A stretch of DNA of 64,000 bases from Bacteroides fragilis (GTDB lineage: Bacteria > Pseudomonadota > Alphaproteobacteria > Rs-D84): contig CAVGNU010000001.1 of the NCBI GenBank assembly GCA_963630775.1, positions 28,607-92,606 of the forward strand. The letters run 5' to 3'. A model generated the notes under the pieces. It was not told the DNA's origin, made no database searches, and saw nothing but the letters and a program-made list of their open reading frames with translations. A program made the translations under genes and the position numbers. The stretch's first letter is position 1. Each line of letters begins with the position of its first letter. Shown in pieces: positions 37,992 through 48,126 of this stretch.

Positions 37992-39698
37992 ATGACGATG
38001 TCCCTGACATTATTGGCGTTTGTTACGGTGGTTTTTGCGCTGGTGTCATTTCTGCGCATGGCGCGTATTGGCGCATTGGTTGCGTTTTTATTTGCAGGTG
38101 TGCTGTCTGGCCCGTTCGTATTTAACCTGTTTCATTTAACAGAAACATGGACGCTGTTGGGCGATTTAGGCATCATGTTTTTGTGGTTCACGATGGGACT
38201 GAACATCAATATGAAACGCCTGTGGACATTGCGTCATTCGGTTTTTGGTTTTGGTGCAGCCCAGGTTTTGATGGTCGCAACAATGTTGTTCCCATTGCTG
38301 TTTGGACTGACGGGTTGGTCAATAACTGGGTGCGTAATGGTTGCGTTGATGCTGTCTGTGTCCAGTACATCCGAAGATATGCAAATGCTGGCTGCACGTA
38401 ACCAGATAAACACCGATATGGGTCGCCAGACCTTTTCAATTTTATTATTCCAAGATTTGCTGGTGATTCCATTACTGGCCATGATGCCGGTGCTGGCGGG
38501 GCGCACATTTAACTTTGGCGCGACGGCGATTGACGTGTTTGTGTGGTCGGTTGCGCTGGTGTTGGGGGTGGTAATTGTCGGTCGATTTGTGTTGAATCCG
38601 TTGATGCGATTGGTTTCGCGCCTGAAATCCAAAGAGGCCTTCTTGCTGGCCATTATGCTGAACATTGTCGCGTGGGCTGCGGTCGCCAGTGCCGCGGGTG
38701 TACCAGCGGGATTGGGCGCGTTCTTGGCGGGTATGTTATTGTCCGAAACAATTTACAGTCATCAGGTCAGTGCGGAAATCAGTCCGTACGCAATGTTGTT
38801 CTTGGCATTCTTTTTAATTTCACTGGGTATGGGATTAAACCTGCCGGTGCTGGGTCAATATTGGTACGTTGTACTGTTGGGTGTTATCGGATTGATTGCG
38901 GCAAAATTTGTTGCGATATTTATGGTCGCGCGCGTCCGCCATGTGAATGTCCCAGATGCCGCAATGATTGCTTTGATTTTATCACAGGCTGGCGAATTTG
39001 GCCTGTTGATGTTACAGACCATGCGTACATCGGGCATTGATGCGTTACCACCGATTCATCAGGAAATCTTGACCGCAATCATCATACTGTCCATCATGAT
39101 GACCCCATTATTGATGATGATCTATGATTGGTTAAAGCGTTCGGGACGTCTGTTTTCACAATCCATTGCCCAAGGGTTGACGGGGCGTCCTGCCCAAGTC
39201 CCATCGGTTATCATTTGTGGTTTTGGCCGTGTGGGGCAAATCGTCGCGCAACTGTTGGATGCCCAAGATATTCCATACGTCGCGATTGATATGGACGTTG
39301 ACACGGTGTTGTTGGGCCGCGAACATGGATTCAACGTTGTGTACGGCAATTCCACCAATGCAGACGTTTTGCGTGATATGGGATTGCAACCACGTAAAAC
39401 ACGTGCGGTTGTAATTGCGTTGGACAACGCGGCAACGGCGCACGACACGACAATCACGGTGCGCGAAATTGCCCCACGTGTTACAATATTTGCACGTGCA
39501 CGCAACCTGACGGAATCCAAGTTGTTGATGGCGGATGGTGCAAGCGTCGCATTGCCCGAGACGATTGAGAGTGCACTATTCCTGGGCTATGGTGTGCTGG
39601 AACATCTGGGCGTGTCTGAACGCAGTGTGGCGGGCATCTTGGCGCGAATGCGGGCGGACAATTACAGTGGTGTTGCCGAACCCGTATCAGACAAATAA
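37992..39698 (+). CDS. CPA2-family K+/H+ antiporter with C-terminal TrkA-N (KTN) domain (KefB/KefC-like)
   Basis: AGGAGG RBS. 12-13 TM Na_H_Exchanger domain. Rossmann motif IICGFGRVGQ. Terminator at 39708-39732. Confidence 0.85.
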   Translation: MTMSLTLLAFVTVVFALVSFLRMARIGALVAFLFAGVLSGPFVFNLFHLTETWTLLGDLGIMFLWFTMGLNINMKRLWTLRHSVFGFGAAQVLMVATMLFPLLFGLTGWSITGCVMVALMLSVSSTSEDMQMLAARNQINTDMGRQTFSILLFQDLLVIPLLAMMPVLAGRTFNFGATAIDVFVWSVALVLGVVIVGRFVLNPLMRLVSRLKSKEAFLLAIMLNIVAWAAVASAAGVPAGLGAFLAGMLLSETIYSHQVSAEISPYAMLFLAFFLISLGMGLNLPVLGQYWYVVLLGVIGLIAAKFVAIFMVARVRHVNVPDAAMIALILSQAGEFGLLMLQTMRTSGIDALPPIHQEILTAIIILSIMMTPLLMMIYDWLKRSGRLFSQSIAQGLTGRPAQVPSVIICGFGRVGQIVAQLLDAQDIPYVAIDMDVDTVLLGREHGFNVVYGNSTNADVLRDMGLQPRKTRAVVIALDNAATAHDTTITVREIAPRVTIFARARNLTESKLLMADGASVALPETIESALFLGYGVLEHLGVSERSVAGILARMRADNYSGVAEPVSDK

Positions 39699-39793
39699 TA
39701 TTGAACTAAATGTCCCCCGCGTGGGGACATTTGTATTTGCAATTATGCGCCCCGCTTGGTATATTTCACCTGAATATATGGGAAAGGGGCAAA

Positions 39794-40339
39794 ATGAAAA
39801 AGAAACTGTTGGTTTATATTCCAATCATTCTGGCAATTATATTGGCCGACATGCTGACCAAGGGGGCATTGCTGTATGCAATAACGGGCACTGTGCCGGT
39901 GTATGGCGCGGCGTGGGAAATTGTTCCTGTGCCATATTTAATGTGGCACGTTACCGATTGGTTTAACATTGTATTCACATGGAATCCGGGCGCATCATTT
40001 TCAATGCTGCGCAGTGTTGGCGAATTTGCGCCAGTTTTGATTGTTATCGCAACGGGATTTATTATCGGTTTTATCGGATACTATTTGTTTGTGCGCGCGG
40101 AAAAATATGAACGTATACCGTTGGCTTTGATTTTTGGTGGCGCGGTTGGCAATTTGATTGACCGTGTGCGTTTTGGTGCGGTGGTGGATTTCTTGGACTT
40201 TCATATCGGTGGGGCACATTGGCCGGCATTTAACGTGGCAGACATTTGTATTTGCGTTGGTGTCGCACTATATATATTGAACTGGTACATGGCGCGCCGT
40301 CGTTGCTTGGCGTCGGTCAGAACAAAAAAGGTAAAATAA
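39794..40339 (+). CDS. lspA: lipoprotein signal peptidase II
   Basis: GAAAGGGG RBS. Motifs NPGASFSML and GGAVGNLIDRVRFGAVVDFLDF. Confidence 0.85.
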   Translation: MKKKLLVYIPIILAIILADMLTKGALLYAITGTVPVYGAAWEIVPVPYLMWHVTDWFNIVFTWNPGASFSMLRSVGEFAPVLIVIATGFIIGFIGYYLFVRAEKYERIPLALIFGGAVGNLIDRVRFGAVVDFLDFHIGGAHWPAFNVADICICVGVALYILNWYMARRRCLASVRTKKVK

Positions 40340-40341
40340 CA

Positions 40342-41892
40342 ATGGTAAAATATCTGGATAATAATTCGGGCTTTGCCCAGTGGAATGCAAACAAAAACGC
40401 CACGGCCAAAAAATCAATGTTTGGCGGTTTCTTGTGGTGGTTTATTCTGTTCTTTGCGGCGATGTGGGCATTTGGTGCATTCAAAGCACCAAAAACAGAA
40501 ATTCCGGTAACAACAGAAACAGTGGCGGCGGTTGACCTGTCCGCCGTGCCAATGCACGATGTTGCATCTGAAAAATTAAATGCAACGGTTCAGGGCCTGC
40601 GTATATCAAATATAAAATTAAATGATTTCGCAGATGATGCGCCACTGCTGTCGGGCGCGAATGACTTTGCAGAGGTTGGGGTCTTGGCCACCGGCACATC
40701 TGCGCCAACACCAACAACGGTGTGGAAATCGTCGGGCGATGCATACACGTGGCGTAATTCAGACGGTGTTGATTTCCGTCGTCGGGTTACGGTTGATAAC
40801 TATGTAATTACCATCAACGATGAAATCAAAAATAACACCAATCGTGATATCGCGGTCGCACCATACGCACGCATCGCACGCGGTGCGGGTGCAAAAAAAT
40901 CCGCCGGTGTTTATACGGGCGCGGTTATGTACGTAAATTCAGATATTGAACACGTCGATTGGTACAAACTGGACAGAAAATCATACGCATATTCCACAAC
41001 AAATGGGTTTGCGGGATTTACAGACCAGTATTCTGAAACCGTCGCGCAAATCGATGCGCCCGACCAAACAATCCGCGCAAAGCAAATCGGCCCAGACGCA
41101 TATCAAACCGATATTGCCGCCGCCGCAATCAGCATTACCCCCGCCCAATCAAAAACAATCACAACAAAAATCTTTGCCGGACCACGCGACCAAAATGTTT
41201 TGAATAACGCCGCCGCGGCGATTGCGGGCATTGATGATACGGTTGACTATGGTTGGTTCTGGTTCTTGGCGCGTCCAATGTTGTGGGCATTAAACGGTCT
41301 GTACGCGATTGTTGGTAATTATGGCATTGCAATTATCATATTTACATTGTTGTTGCGTTTTGCAATATGGCCATTGACGCGCAAATCATATACATCAATG
41401 ATTGCTATGCAGAAAATGCAGCCAGAATTAGCACGTATTCAAAAATTGTACGCCAATGACAAGGTTCGCCTGCAAATGGAAATGATGCGCCTGTATCAAA
41501 CGCACAAGACATCGCCAATGTCGGGGTGTTTGCCGATGCTGATTCAGATTCCAATATTCTTTGCATTGTACAAGGCGTTACTGGTGTCCGTCCAAATGCG
41601 CAGTGCAGGGTTCTTGTGGATTTCGGATTTGGCGGCGATGGATCCATACTTTATTCTGCCGATATTGATGGGTGCAACAATGTGGTGGCAGACAAAATTG
41701 CAAACCGCATCGGGGCGTAACACTGCAACAAATAATGACGCCATTGCCCAGACCCAGCGGGTTATGAAATGGATGCCGGTATTGTTCACGGTTTTGTTCG
41801 CGTGGATGCCGGCGGGATTGGTGCTGTATTGGACGGTTTCGAACCTGTTTGGTATCGCCCAAATGCAAATAATAAAACGCACATCGAAATAA
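40342..41892 (+). CDS. yidC: membrane protein insertase YidC
   Basis: Large periplasmic domain then 5 TM 60-kDa IMP domain, ending …MPAGLVLYWTVSNLFGIAQ. Terminator AAAAATGCCCCATCGGGGCATTTTTT at 41891-41916. Confidence 0.9.
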   Translation: MVKYLDNNSGFAQWNANKNATAKKSMFGGFLWWFILFFAAMWAFGAFKAPKTEIPVTTETVAAVDLSAVPMHDVASEKLNATVQGLRISNIKLNDFADDAPLLSGANDFAEVGVLATGTSAPTPTTVWKSSGDAYTWRNSDGVDFRRRVTVDNYVITINDEIKNNTNRDIAVAPYARIARGAGAKKSAGVYTGAVMYVNSDIEHVDWYKLDRKSYAYSTTNGFAGFTDQYSETVAQIDAPDQTIRAKQIGPDAYQTDIAAAAISITPAQSKTITTKIFAGPRDQNVLNNAAAAIAGIDDTVDYGWFWFLARPMLWALNGLYAIVGNYGIAIIIFTLLLRFAIWPLTRKSYTSMIAMQKMQPELARIQKLYANDKVRLQMEMMRLYQTHKTSPMSGCLPMLIQIPIFFALYKALLVSVQMRSAGFLWISDLAAMDPYFILPILMGATMWWQTKLQTASGRNTATNNDAIAQTQRVMKWMPVLFTVLFAWMPAGLVLYWTVSNLFGIAQMQIIKRTSK

Positions 41893-41970
41893 AAATGCCC
41901 CATCGGGGCATTTTTTCAAAGTTCAGAGTTTATCCGTCTCCGCAGATGCTCCGCCAACGGTGCACATAAA

Positions 41971-42333
41971 TCAAACAGTATTTAATCGCACCAGATATTT
42001 ATACAGTGCATCTGGTGTTTGAATGCGTGCACGGCGCAGGCCACATGCTCGCTTGGTAAATGCAACACATGTGGGGTCGCCCGCGTAAAGCAAATCGGGC
42101 GGGGGCGTTGCGCCCGCCACGCATACCACCGCCCAACCGTGCGCGCGCAACGCGCGTAATCTGCGCGCCGTTATCGGAATTGGAATAATTTTATTTTGGC
42201 GTACAAATTGATACATAATCATTTGTTTGTTTGCATTGCCCGCCGGCACAATCGGTGCGCAATGTTTGAAATGACGACAAACAATACGCGGTAATAATTT
42301 TGATGTTTTGGTGCAAAATGCAACAATTATCAT
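41971..42333 (-). CDS. hypothetical protein
   Basis: 120-aa ORF downstream of the 118-aa gene. Start uncertain. Confidence 0.35.
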   Translation of the reverse strand: MIIVAFCTKTSKLLPRIVCRHFKHCAPIVPAGNANKQMIMYQFVRQNKIIPIPITARRLRALRAHGWAVVCVAGATPPPDLLYAGDPTCVAFTKRACGLRRARIQTPDALYKYLVRLNTV

Positions 42334-42360
42334 TTGTGTTTTCCCCCGAATAAAAAAAGA

Positions 42361-42717
42361 TTATTCATGCACAATCCAACCGCGTGCAAATGCCGCCGCA
42401 TCCAGTGTTTCCATCGCCTGCCGCCACAGGTCGGCCGCACGATTTTCTGCCCAGATATATTGATGTGGCGCGCGACGGCGATCGCCAAATTTTTTCATCA
42501 CGTCCAGTTGTTCCGCACTCAGTTTTCCTGATAGATACAGTTTAGTAATTAATGTTTCCACGTCCAGCAATTCAGCGCAACGACGCGTTGCATGCGCTGC
42601 GCTGTGCACAAACCCGTTTTGCACAGATTTAGAATATAAAAACCAAAACCACATTTGTTCTGCACTGTGAAATTTTTCAGGTGCATATTCGTATTTAGTA
42701 TGTTGGTGTGCTGTCAT
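42361..42717 (-). CDS. hypothetical protein
   Basis: 118 aa with AAGGGAGAA RBS. A perfect 16-bp palindrome lies upstream. Own terminator and promoter region separate it from the T4SS operon. Confidence 0.5.
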   Translation of the reverse strand: MTAHQHTKYEYAPEKFHSAEQMWFWFLYSKSVQNGFVHSAAHATRRCAELLDVETLITKLYLSGKLSAEQLDVMKKFGDRRRAPHQYIWAENRAADLWRQAMETLDAAAFARGWIVHE

Positions 42718-42752
42718 TTGTTTTCTCCCTTTTGTTGTTTTGTTTTCCCCCG

Positions 42753-42768
42753 AACGCGTACGCGTTCA
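42753..42768. promoter_or_regulatory. perfect 16-bp palindrome GAACGCGTACGCGTTC (candidate operator)
   Basis: Exact dyad ~36 bp upstream of the 42717 start codon. Confidence 0.4.
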
Positions 42769-42978
42769 TGTGATTTGATATATAACCGAATAAATGAAAG
42801 TGGTGAAATATTACAACCAAAGGTTGAACATTGATTCGGTTTTCTGATTCGTTGAGGAATTTTTTCCTGTTGCACGCGAATCGAAAAAATGTGCTAAAAA
42901 AACGCGCATCATTCGTGCGCGTTTTTTATGCGTTGCTATATAGTTTATTGCGTTTTCATATTCAAGCCCCGTGGTATA

Positions 42979-43010
42979 AAAATAAACCCGCCATACGGCG
43001 GGATTTTATT
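42979..43010 (-). terminator. terminator of virB8-9-10-like operon
   Basis: CCCGCCATACGGCGGG hairpin with flanking T-run. Abuts the VirB10 stop. Confidence 0.7.
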
Positions 43011-45435
43011 ACAAGATTGGCGGGAAACAATCGCCACCCGATGATGGACAGCAATTAAACCCTTGGTCGCCCATATCGGTAAACACTTCGCCCGTGCAAC
43101 AACCATTGGCATCTGGGTTTGTGCCGTCTTCGCAGGTGATGACGGCGGTTGCTTGGTTTTCCTCTTTCTGGGCCGTTTGGAACGGATTCTGAATTGAACC
43201 ATCGTCATTATATTTCAGACCCAAAACATTTTCGTTGTATGTTTTGCTGCCAACGCCGCCCGTGCTGGCAATACTGTTCGTATTGGACGCGTCCTGCTGA
43301 TTTTTATACAGCGCATCTTGCTTTGCATTATTGATGGCCTGATAATTCAGTGATTTGCAATACGCCGCAACGGTACGATAATCATAGCCCGCATCATATA
43401 AATCTTGTGTTCTGTTTTTATCAATGTCCCACAGTCCACTGGTCGCGTCTTGGGTACAGTAATTGTCCTGTAAATTAAACGAACGTACCTGACCAATCCA
43501 TGAACCGTCGGTATAATCCACCTGACCAGCGTGTGCCCAATTCGCGCGCTTATTACGAACATCTATATTGGTATACTTCACTTTGTCATTTAGATTTTTC
43601 AGTCCTGTGTCGCCCACGACCCGTGCCAAGGAGCATCTTTTACTGTCGTCACGGCCACATGTCAGCACCAAATCAGTCGGTGGAAACACTGTAATGCGTG
43701 TACCCGCCGCGATGGAAAATGGCGGAACGGTATTGTCCATCATGTCAACAATAAACTTTTGTGCGACCTGATTCCATGCGGTGATAATTTCATTTTTTGC
43801 CAATTCAGACGAACGCACCGTGCCCGATTGAACAACTGTGTTATTGTCCAAATCAATCTGGTTCACAAATTTATCAGTAATTGGTGCAATCATATTCACC
43901 GCCGCCGGCACAACCGCCGTCAGCAATGGCATAACCATCTGTTCTATATAATCGGTGCTGCCGTAACCTGGGACACCAACGCGCCCCTGTGAATCGCCAG
44001 AAAACGGACTGGTGCCGTCGCCACTGAAATTAAATTCAACACCATTTGGCAATACAAATTGATACCAGCGAATGTCCATACGCCCAACGGTTTTATATGG
44101 CCCCGGAATACTGCCTGTCACATACCCTAACAGCAATGTTCCCGTTGGAATAATAACCGTACGGCCATCATCTGAATAAACGTTACGGTCAACCGTTGCG
44201 CGCACGGGCAGACCTTTGCCTGTACCATCATATAATGCTGGATCGGCACGAACCTCTGACACGATTGTGGCTGGAATTGGTTTATATTGGCGCAGTACAA
44301 ACGTGCGGTCAAACGGATCGGACGAGAATATAGCGTCCTGGCCACTTGAACCAACAATCACATCGTCTTGTTTTTCTTTCAACGAAATCCCGCCACGGAA
44401 TGCATTGTGAATTGCATCTGCATCGGCATAGTCGGGCGCAGGCATTGCACCAGACACATCAGATGAAATCAGTTCTTCGGTGGACAACTGGTACGCACGA
44501 TTCGCAACCTTTTTAACTGGATTTGACAACTGGGGCAAGTTACCCCCCGAAATCGTTGTATAGCCGATGTGTTCAGCATCTGTACCAATCTTTTTACCAT
44601 TGTTTTGAATATCGGTAATCAGGCCACTGTCCGGATTATAAATACCCGTGGGGTTATTGCATTGTTTGTCAGAAAATGGGTGGAAATAATACGCGCCGCG
44701 TTCCGGCCGAATCCAACCAATCTGATTGCCAGTTGAATCATACCCCGGAAATGCAAATTCAGAACATACAACGCTGGGCGTCGGATCGAGCTCTGTATCT
44801 GCAAACGGATCAGATGGTGCGATTGTTTCAATATCTTTTTTGATTTCAACCTGAACTGGTTTTACAGGTTCAATTTCTGGTTCGGGTTTTGTTTCGACAA
44901 TCTTTACCGGTTCGGGTTTTGTCACAGGTGTTGGTGCAGCCGCGCCCATAACCAAAACAATCTTGTCGGTCTTTTTCATACCATCGGGTTGCGTTGCCCC
45001 ACGCCAATCAATAAACAGCGATGTTGTTTCCGTATCCATTGCGGTCGTCGGTACATATTCCAATACCAGTGTGCACGGAATTTGTGCGTCGATATAACCC
45101 ATACCACGACAAGTATCGGTTGATGTGAATCCGGCGATGTCTTTGTGGCGACGTACATCCATAATTTTAACGGGTGCGGTTGCCGAAACCTTTAACGTTG
45201 TCTTTTGCTTGTCACCAACCTTGGTATTGGCCCAGTTGATGGATTCCGTCGCTGGCGTGATAATCAGGTTGATTGGTGTATCTTCTGCTTGTATATCGTT
45301 GGGTTTACCACGTCCGCCAATCAGTACGGTCATTAAAATCAGCACCACAACAAACGCCACCCCCAGCAACAACCACTGAACCGACCTTGGCGTAGATTTA
45401 CGCATTTGTGAAATTTGTTGTTTGATACCACTCAT
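43009..45435 (-). CDS. virB10: VirB10/TrbI-family type IV secretion protein with ~200-aa cysteine-rich C-terminal extension
   Basis: Cytoplasmic N-terminus and single TM (WLLLGVAFVVVLILMTVLIGG). Pro-rich linker TKPEPVKIVETKPEPEIEPVKPVQVEIKK. TrbI-like C-terminal barrel ending in the family signature …AAGTRITVFPPTDLVL. Extra tail with 12 Cys including two CC doublets. Confidence 0.8.
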   Translation of the reverse strand: MSGIKQQISQMRKSTPRSVQWLLLGVAFVVVLILMTVLIGGRGKPNDIQAEDTPINLIITPATESINWANTKVGDKQKTTLKVSATAPVKIMDVRRHKDIAGFTSTDTCRGMGYIDAQIPCTLVLEYVPTTAMDTETTSLFIDWRGATQPDGMKKTDKIVLVMGAAAPTPVTKPEPVKIVETKPEPEIEPVKPVQVEIKKDIETIAPSDPFADTELDPTPSVVCSEFAFPGYDSTGNQIGWIRPERGAYYFHPFSDKQCNNPTGIYNPDSGLITDIQNNGKKIGTDAEHIGYTTISGGNLPQLSNPVKKVANRAYQLSTEELISSDVSGAMPAPDYADADAIHNAFRGGISLKEKQDDVIVGSSGQDAIFSSDPFDRTFVLRQYKPIPATIVSEVRADPALYDGTGKGLPVRATVDRNVYSDDGRTVIIPTGTLLLGYVTGSIPGPYKTVGRMDIRWYQFVLPNGVEFNFSGDGTSPFSGDSQGRVGVPGYGSTDYIEQMVMPLLTAVVPAAVNMIAPITDKFVNQIDLDNNTVVQSGTVRSSELAKNEIITAWNQVAQKFIVDMMDNTVPPFSIAAGTRITVFPPTDLVLTCGRDDSKRCSLARVVGDTGLKNLNDKVKYTNIDVRNKRANWAHAGQVDYTDGSWIGQVRSFNLQDNYCTQDATSGLWDIDKNRTQDLYDAGYDYRTVAAYCKSLNYQAINNAKQDALYKNQQDASNTNSIASTGGVGSKTYNENVLGLKYNDDGSIQNPFQTAQKEENQATAVITCEDGTNPDANGCCTGEVFTDMGDQGFNCCPSSGGDCFPPIL

Positions 45436-45459
45436 ATTATACCGCCACCATTGACATTA

Positions 45460-47007
45460 TTATTGAATACGCACAACGTTGCAACTGGCCCCGCTGAATT
45501 TCAACAACTGGTCGCATAATTTCTGCGCTGTTTCGATATCAGACATTGGCCCAATGCGCAGACGATACAGACGTGCCGTGTGCGATGTTGAACCCAAATC
45601 GCCAACACCTTGTTCGTCAACCGCAAAGAATACCTTGTCCTTGTACGGAGTCAACAATCCAACACCGTCGTCACCGCTGAATTTTGCCAACAGACCCGTC
45701 CAGTAATCGTCCAGTGCCTTGACCGACGTGTCGGATTTCAGTTCAACCGCAACCCCCGATTGGTTGCTGGTAATCAATGGAATATTCGTCTGGGGCAGGT
45801 ACGAACCCGCGGTCAACCGTTCGGTTGGCATCATTGTAACGCCCGATGTCCCCGATGACATAACCGGCATTGTAACATTTGTTGTGACCGTGCCCGCTGG
45901 CATATAATAACCAGACGCCGCCACAGCATTAGTATTTGAAACATATGTCGGAGAACCGGTATAGTTCAACCCCGCAGCATTGATTGCATTCTGATCCATC
46001 GTGTATGCAATGGTGTTCAGCGATTGGCCTGACATCATAGATTGCGCAACATTTGCCTCTGCCAATGCCATGACAGACGCCGTATCGGCAATCAAGAACG
46101 GTTTTTCACGCTTTTTAATGCAAACGATACGTTGGCCACTGCGTAATACCATGTCGCCTACGGCCTCTACAATCAACAGACGACCATCTTCGCCGTCGGT
46201 GCGGAAACTGACAGGGGATTCACCCCCTTCGACCAACAGTGACACAACCGGACGTTGGGTCATCGCAATGACCTTGTCACCAAAGTCAATGTATGTGAAT
46301 ATGCGGTCGCGCCATACGCGTTCGGGTGCAATTACATAATCGTCAGGATTTGGGACAAAAATATCCAAGTCAAAACGAAATTCTGATGGATCAATTTTCA
46401 TAGATTTAATCCAACCATAATCTTCGCCATCAACGCCAACCGTGCTGCTGGGGGCGGCGGCCTTTTTGAAAATTGACGATGCGCCACCAGTTGTGGTGGT
46501 CGCCGCGGTTGCGTTTGGCAATGTTGCGTTGCCGTCCAAAACAACGTCAACCTGTGAATAGGTAATCTCGCTGGAATTTGATGGTTCGCTGCGCAGATAG
46601 AAAATATACTTGTTCCCCGATTTGCCCGTCACAATCAAATTAGTGTCTGAACCCTGATTGCTGGCAGTTGGGCTGATAACCATTGTGCGGTCGCCCTGAT
46701 TGGCCTCAATCGTGAACAGACCCTGATTACCAATAACTGCGTCCGCAATTTGTTCCCCGTTTGGCAGGGACACCATCGTCACCATACCGTTGCGCAATTT
46801 GATTGGCAATACACTGCCTGATTCCCATGACAGTTGCGCGTACCCAGGTTTAATACTGCCTGCGGCCATATTTGCGGTTGGGTTGTCCCACGCATCTTGG
46901 ACACCATAGTTGATGCCTGTGGCCGCACCATGTGCAGACACACACAATGCCATAACGCAGAAAACAGAAATGTTTAATTTAATCGCAGTTCTAAAACTCA
47001 TGCCCAT
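45460..47007 (-). CDS. virB9: VirB9/TrbG/CagX-family type IV secretion protein with C-terminal SPOR-like domain
   Basis: Signal peptide. N-domain …TNLIVTGKSGNKYIFYLRS. CagX_C-like block …RIFTYIDFGDK…VSLLVEGGESPVSFRTDGEDGRLLIVEAVGDMVLRSGQRIVCIKK. Ser/Thr-rich linker. Terminal …ARLYRLRIGPMSDIETAQKLCDQLLKFSGASCNVVRIQ resembles SPOR. Confidence 0.75.
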   Translation of the reverse strand: MGMSFRTAIKLNISVFCVMALCVSAHGAATGINYGVQDAWDNPTANMAAGSIKPGYAQLSWESGSVLPIKLRNGMVTMVSLPNGEQIADAVIGNQGLFTIEANQGDRTMVISPTASNQGSDTNLIVTGKSGNKYIFYLRSEPSNSSEITYSQVDVVLDGNATLPNATAATTTTGGASSIFKKAAAPSSTVGVDGEDYGWIKSMKIDPSEFRFDLDIFVPNPDDYVIAPERVWRDRIFTYIDFGDKVIAMTQRPVVSLLVEGGESPVSFRTDGEDGRLLIVEAVGDMVLRSGQRIVCIKKREKPFLIADTASVMALAEANVAQSMMSGQSLNTIAYTMDQNAINAAGLNYTGSPTYVSNTNAVAASGYYMPAGTVTTNVTMPVMSSGTSGVTMMPTERLTAGSYLPQTNIPLITSNQSGVAVELKSDTSVKALDDYWTGLLAKFSGDDGVGLLTPYKDKVFFAVDEQGVGDLGSTSHTARLYRLRIGPMSDIETAQKLCDQLLKFSGASCNVVRIQ

Positions 47008-47034
47008 ATTCCTTACCTTTCTGTGGCGCGGTGT

Positions 47035-47718
47035 TTAATTGCCGCTGGCCAGATAGCCCGTATTCAGCGGATCGCCATTACCGGATTCAACGGTGTATTC
47101 GGCAACGCGAATCCCCAACGGGTTGTCCAGACGATCCGACCATTTTAATGTCGCATTATCGTCCATCTCTAATTTTACTATGATTGTATAATCTTTTTTA
47201 TCGGTCTGTCCACCACTATCTTCACAGAAATACTTAAAATTTACAGCCCATGTTTTATAGTCCGACGTTCTGGGCTGAACTGCGCCGTTTTCAAATTCCA
47301 CGCTGCAACTAAATTCAAAGTCCGGCGTATTGTTCATCAGTGCCGTCCACATATTGGTCTGGGTAAACGCGGCATATACCGCCGGCGTTGACCAAGTATG
47401 CACAACGCCATCTTCGGCATTATTCCATTTGCGCAACATTACGCGTCCATCAGGCACAATTTCATTGCGTGCCTTGATATATTCGCGAATGAACGCGCGC
47501 GTGTACCATTTGAAATTATCGTCGGTCGGTGGCAATTCAGACAGCGTGATTTCCAGATTTTCACGTGGTTGGGTCATCAAAAAGAACACCTGCGGCCGAT
47601 TTAATGGAAACATTTTGTACAGGGTGATGCCCAGCACCCCCAGCACGACAATCGCGCCGGCGAACACAAACGTCATCAGTCTGGACAGCAAAATTGGCGG
47701 TTCTATGCGGTCTTGCAA
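47035..47718 (-). CDS. virB8: VirB8/TrbF-family type IV secretion protein
   Basis: Bitopic topology (short cytoplasmic N-terminus, one TM, ~190-aa periplasmic domain). NPLG motif (…DNPLGIRVAEYTV…). Position first in a B8-B9-B10 order. Confidence 0.65.
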   Translation of the reverse strand: MQDRIEPPILLSRLMTFVFAGAIVVLGVLGITLYKMFPLNRPQVFFLMTQPRENLEITLSELPPTDDNFKWYTRAFIREYIKARNEIVPDGRVMLRKWNNAEDGVVHTWSTPAVYAAFTQTNMWTALMNNTPDFEFSCSVEFENGAVQPRTSDYKTWAVNFKYFCEDSGGQTDKKDYTIIVKLEMDDNATLKWSDRLDNPLGIRVAEYTVESGNGDPLNTGYLASGN

Positions 47719-47955
47719 GTAAATCCTCTCCCTGTATATGGGCGATTGTAGCCAAAAAACGGTATGTGGTGCAAGCGAAAATTACGCACAATCATATTTT
47801 ATGCATACGGTTTTTCAGATTTTACTTGCGCCATCATGATTAAAAACATATAATATTTCAGTTTTTTCACTTGCTTTTTCGTACGGGTGTGCTACTCTGG
47901 CGACAATTATCGGGGTTTGCAAGGCGTAAAAGTCAGGTGCGATTGCGATTGAAAC

Positions 47956-48029
47956 AGGGGCATAGTTCAACGGTAGAATATCGGTCTCCAAAACCGCGGA
48001 TAAGGGTTCGATTCCTTTTGCCCCTGCCA
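47956..48029 (+). tRNA. tRNA-Trp (anticodon CCA)
   Basis: AGGGGCA acceptor, anticodon loop CTCCAAA, T-arm AAGGG-TTCGATT-CCTTT, TGCCCCT-G-CCA. Canonical position upstream of secE-nusG. Confidence 0.9.
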
Positions 48030-48126
48030 GAATTTCAACAAAAACAGCGGGTCTGTTTTTGCTGAAATTCCGTGTCTTTGTGGCGGATTTCTGGGGATTG
48101 TGTGGTCAAACATAGTGGGCGAATTT

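Noticed and set aside
45460-47718. Dot/Icm (type IVB) IcmL-IcmK-IcmE assignment for the three T4SS genes
   Set aside because: The gene order fits, but sizes and flanking genes do not match the icm cluster, and the remaining context is alphaproteobacterial. Kept as generic VirB8/9/10-family.
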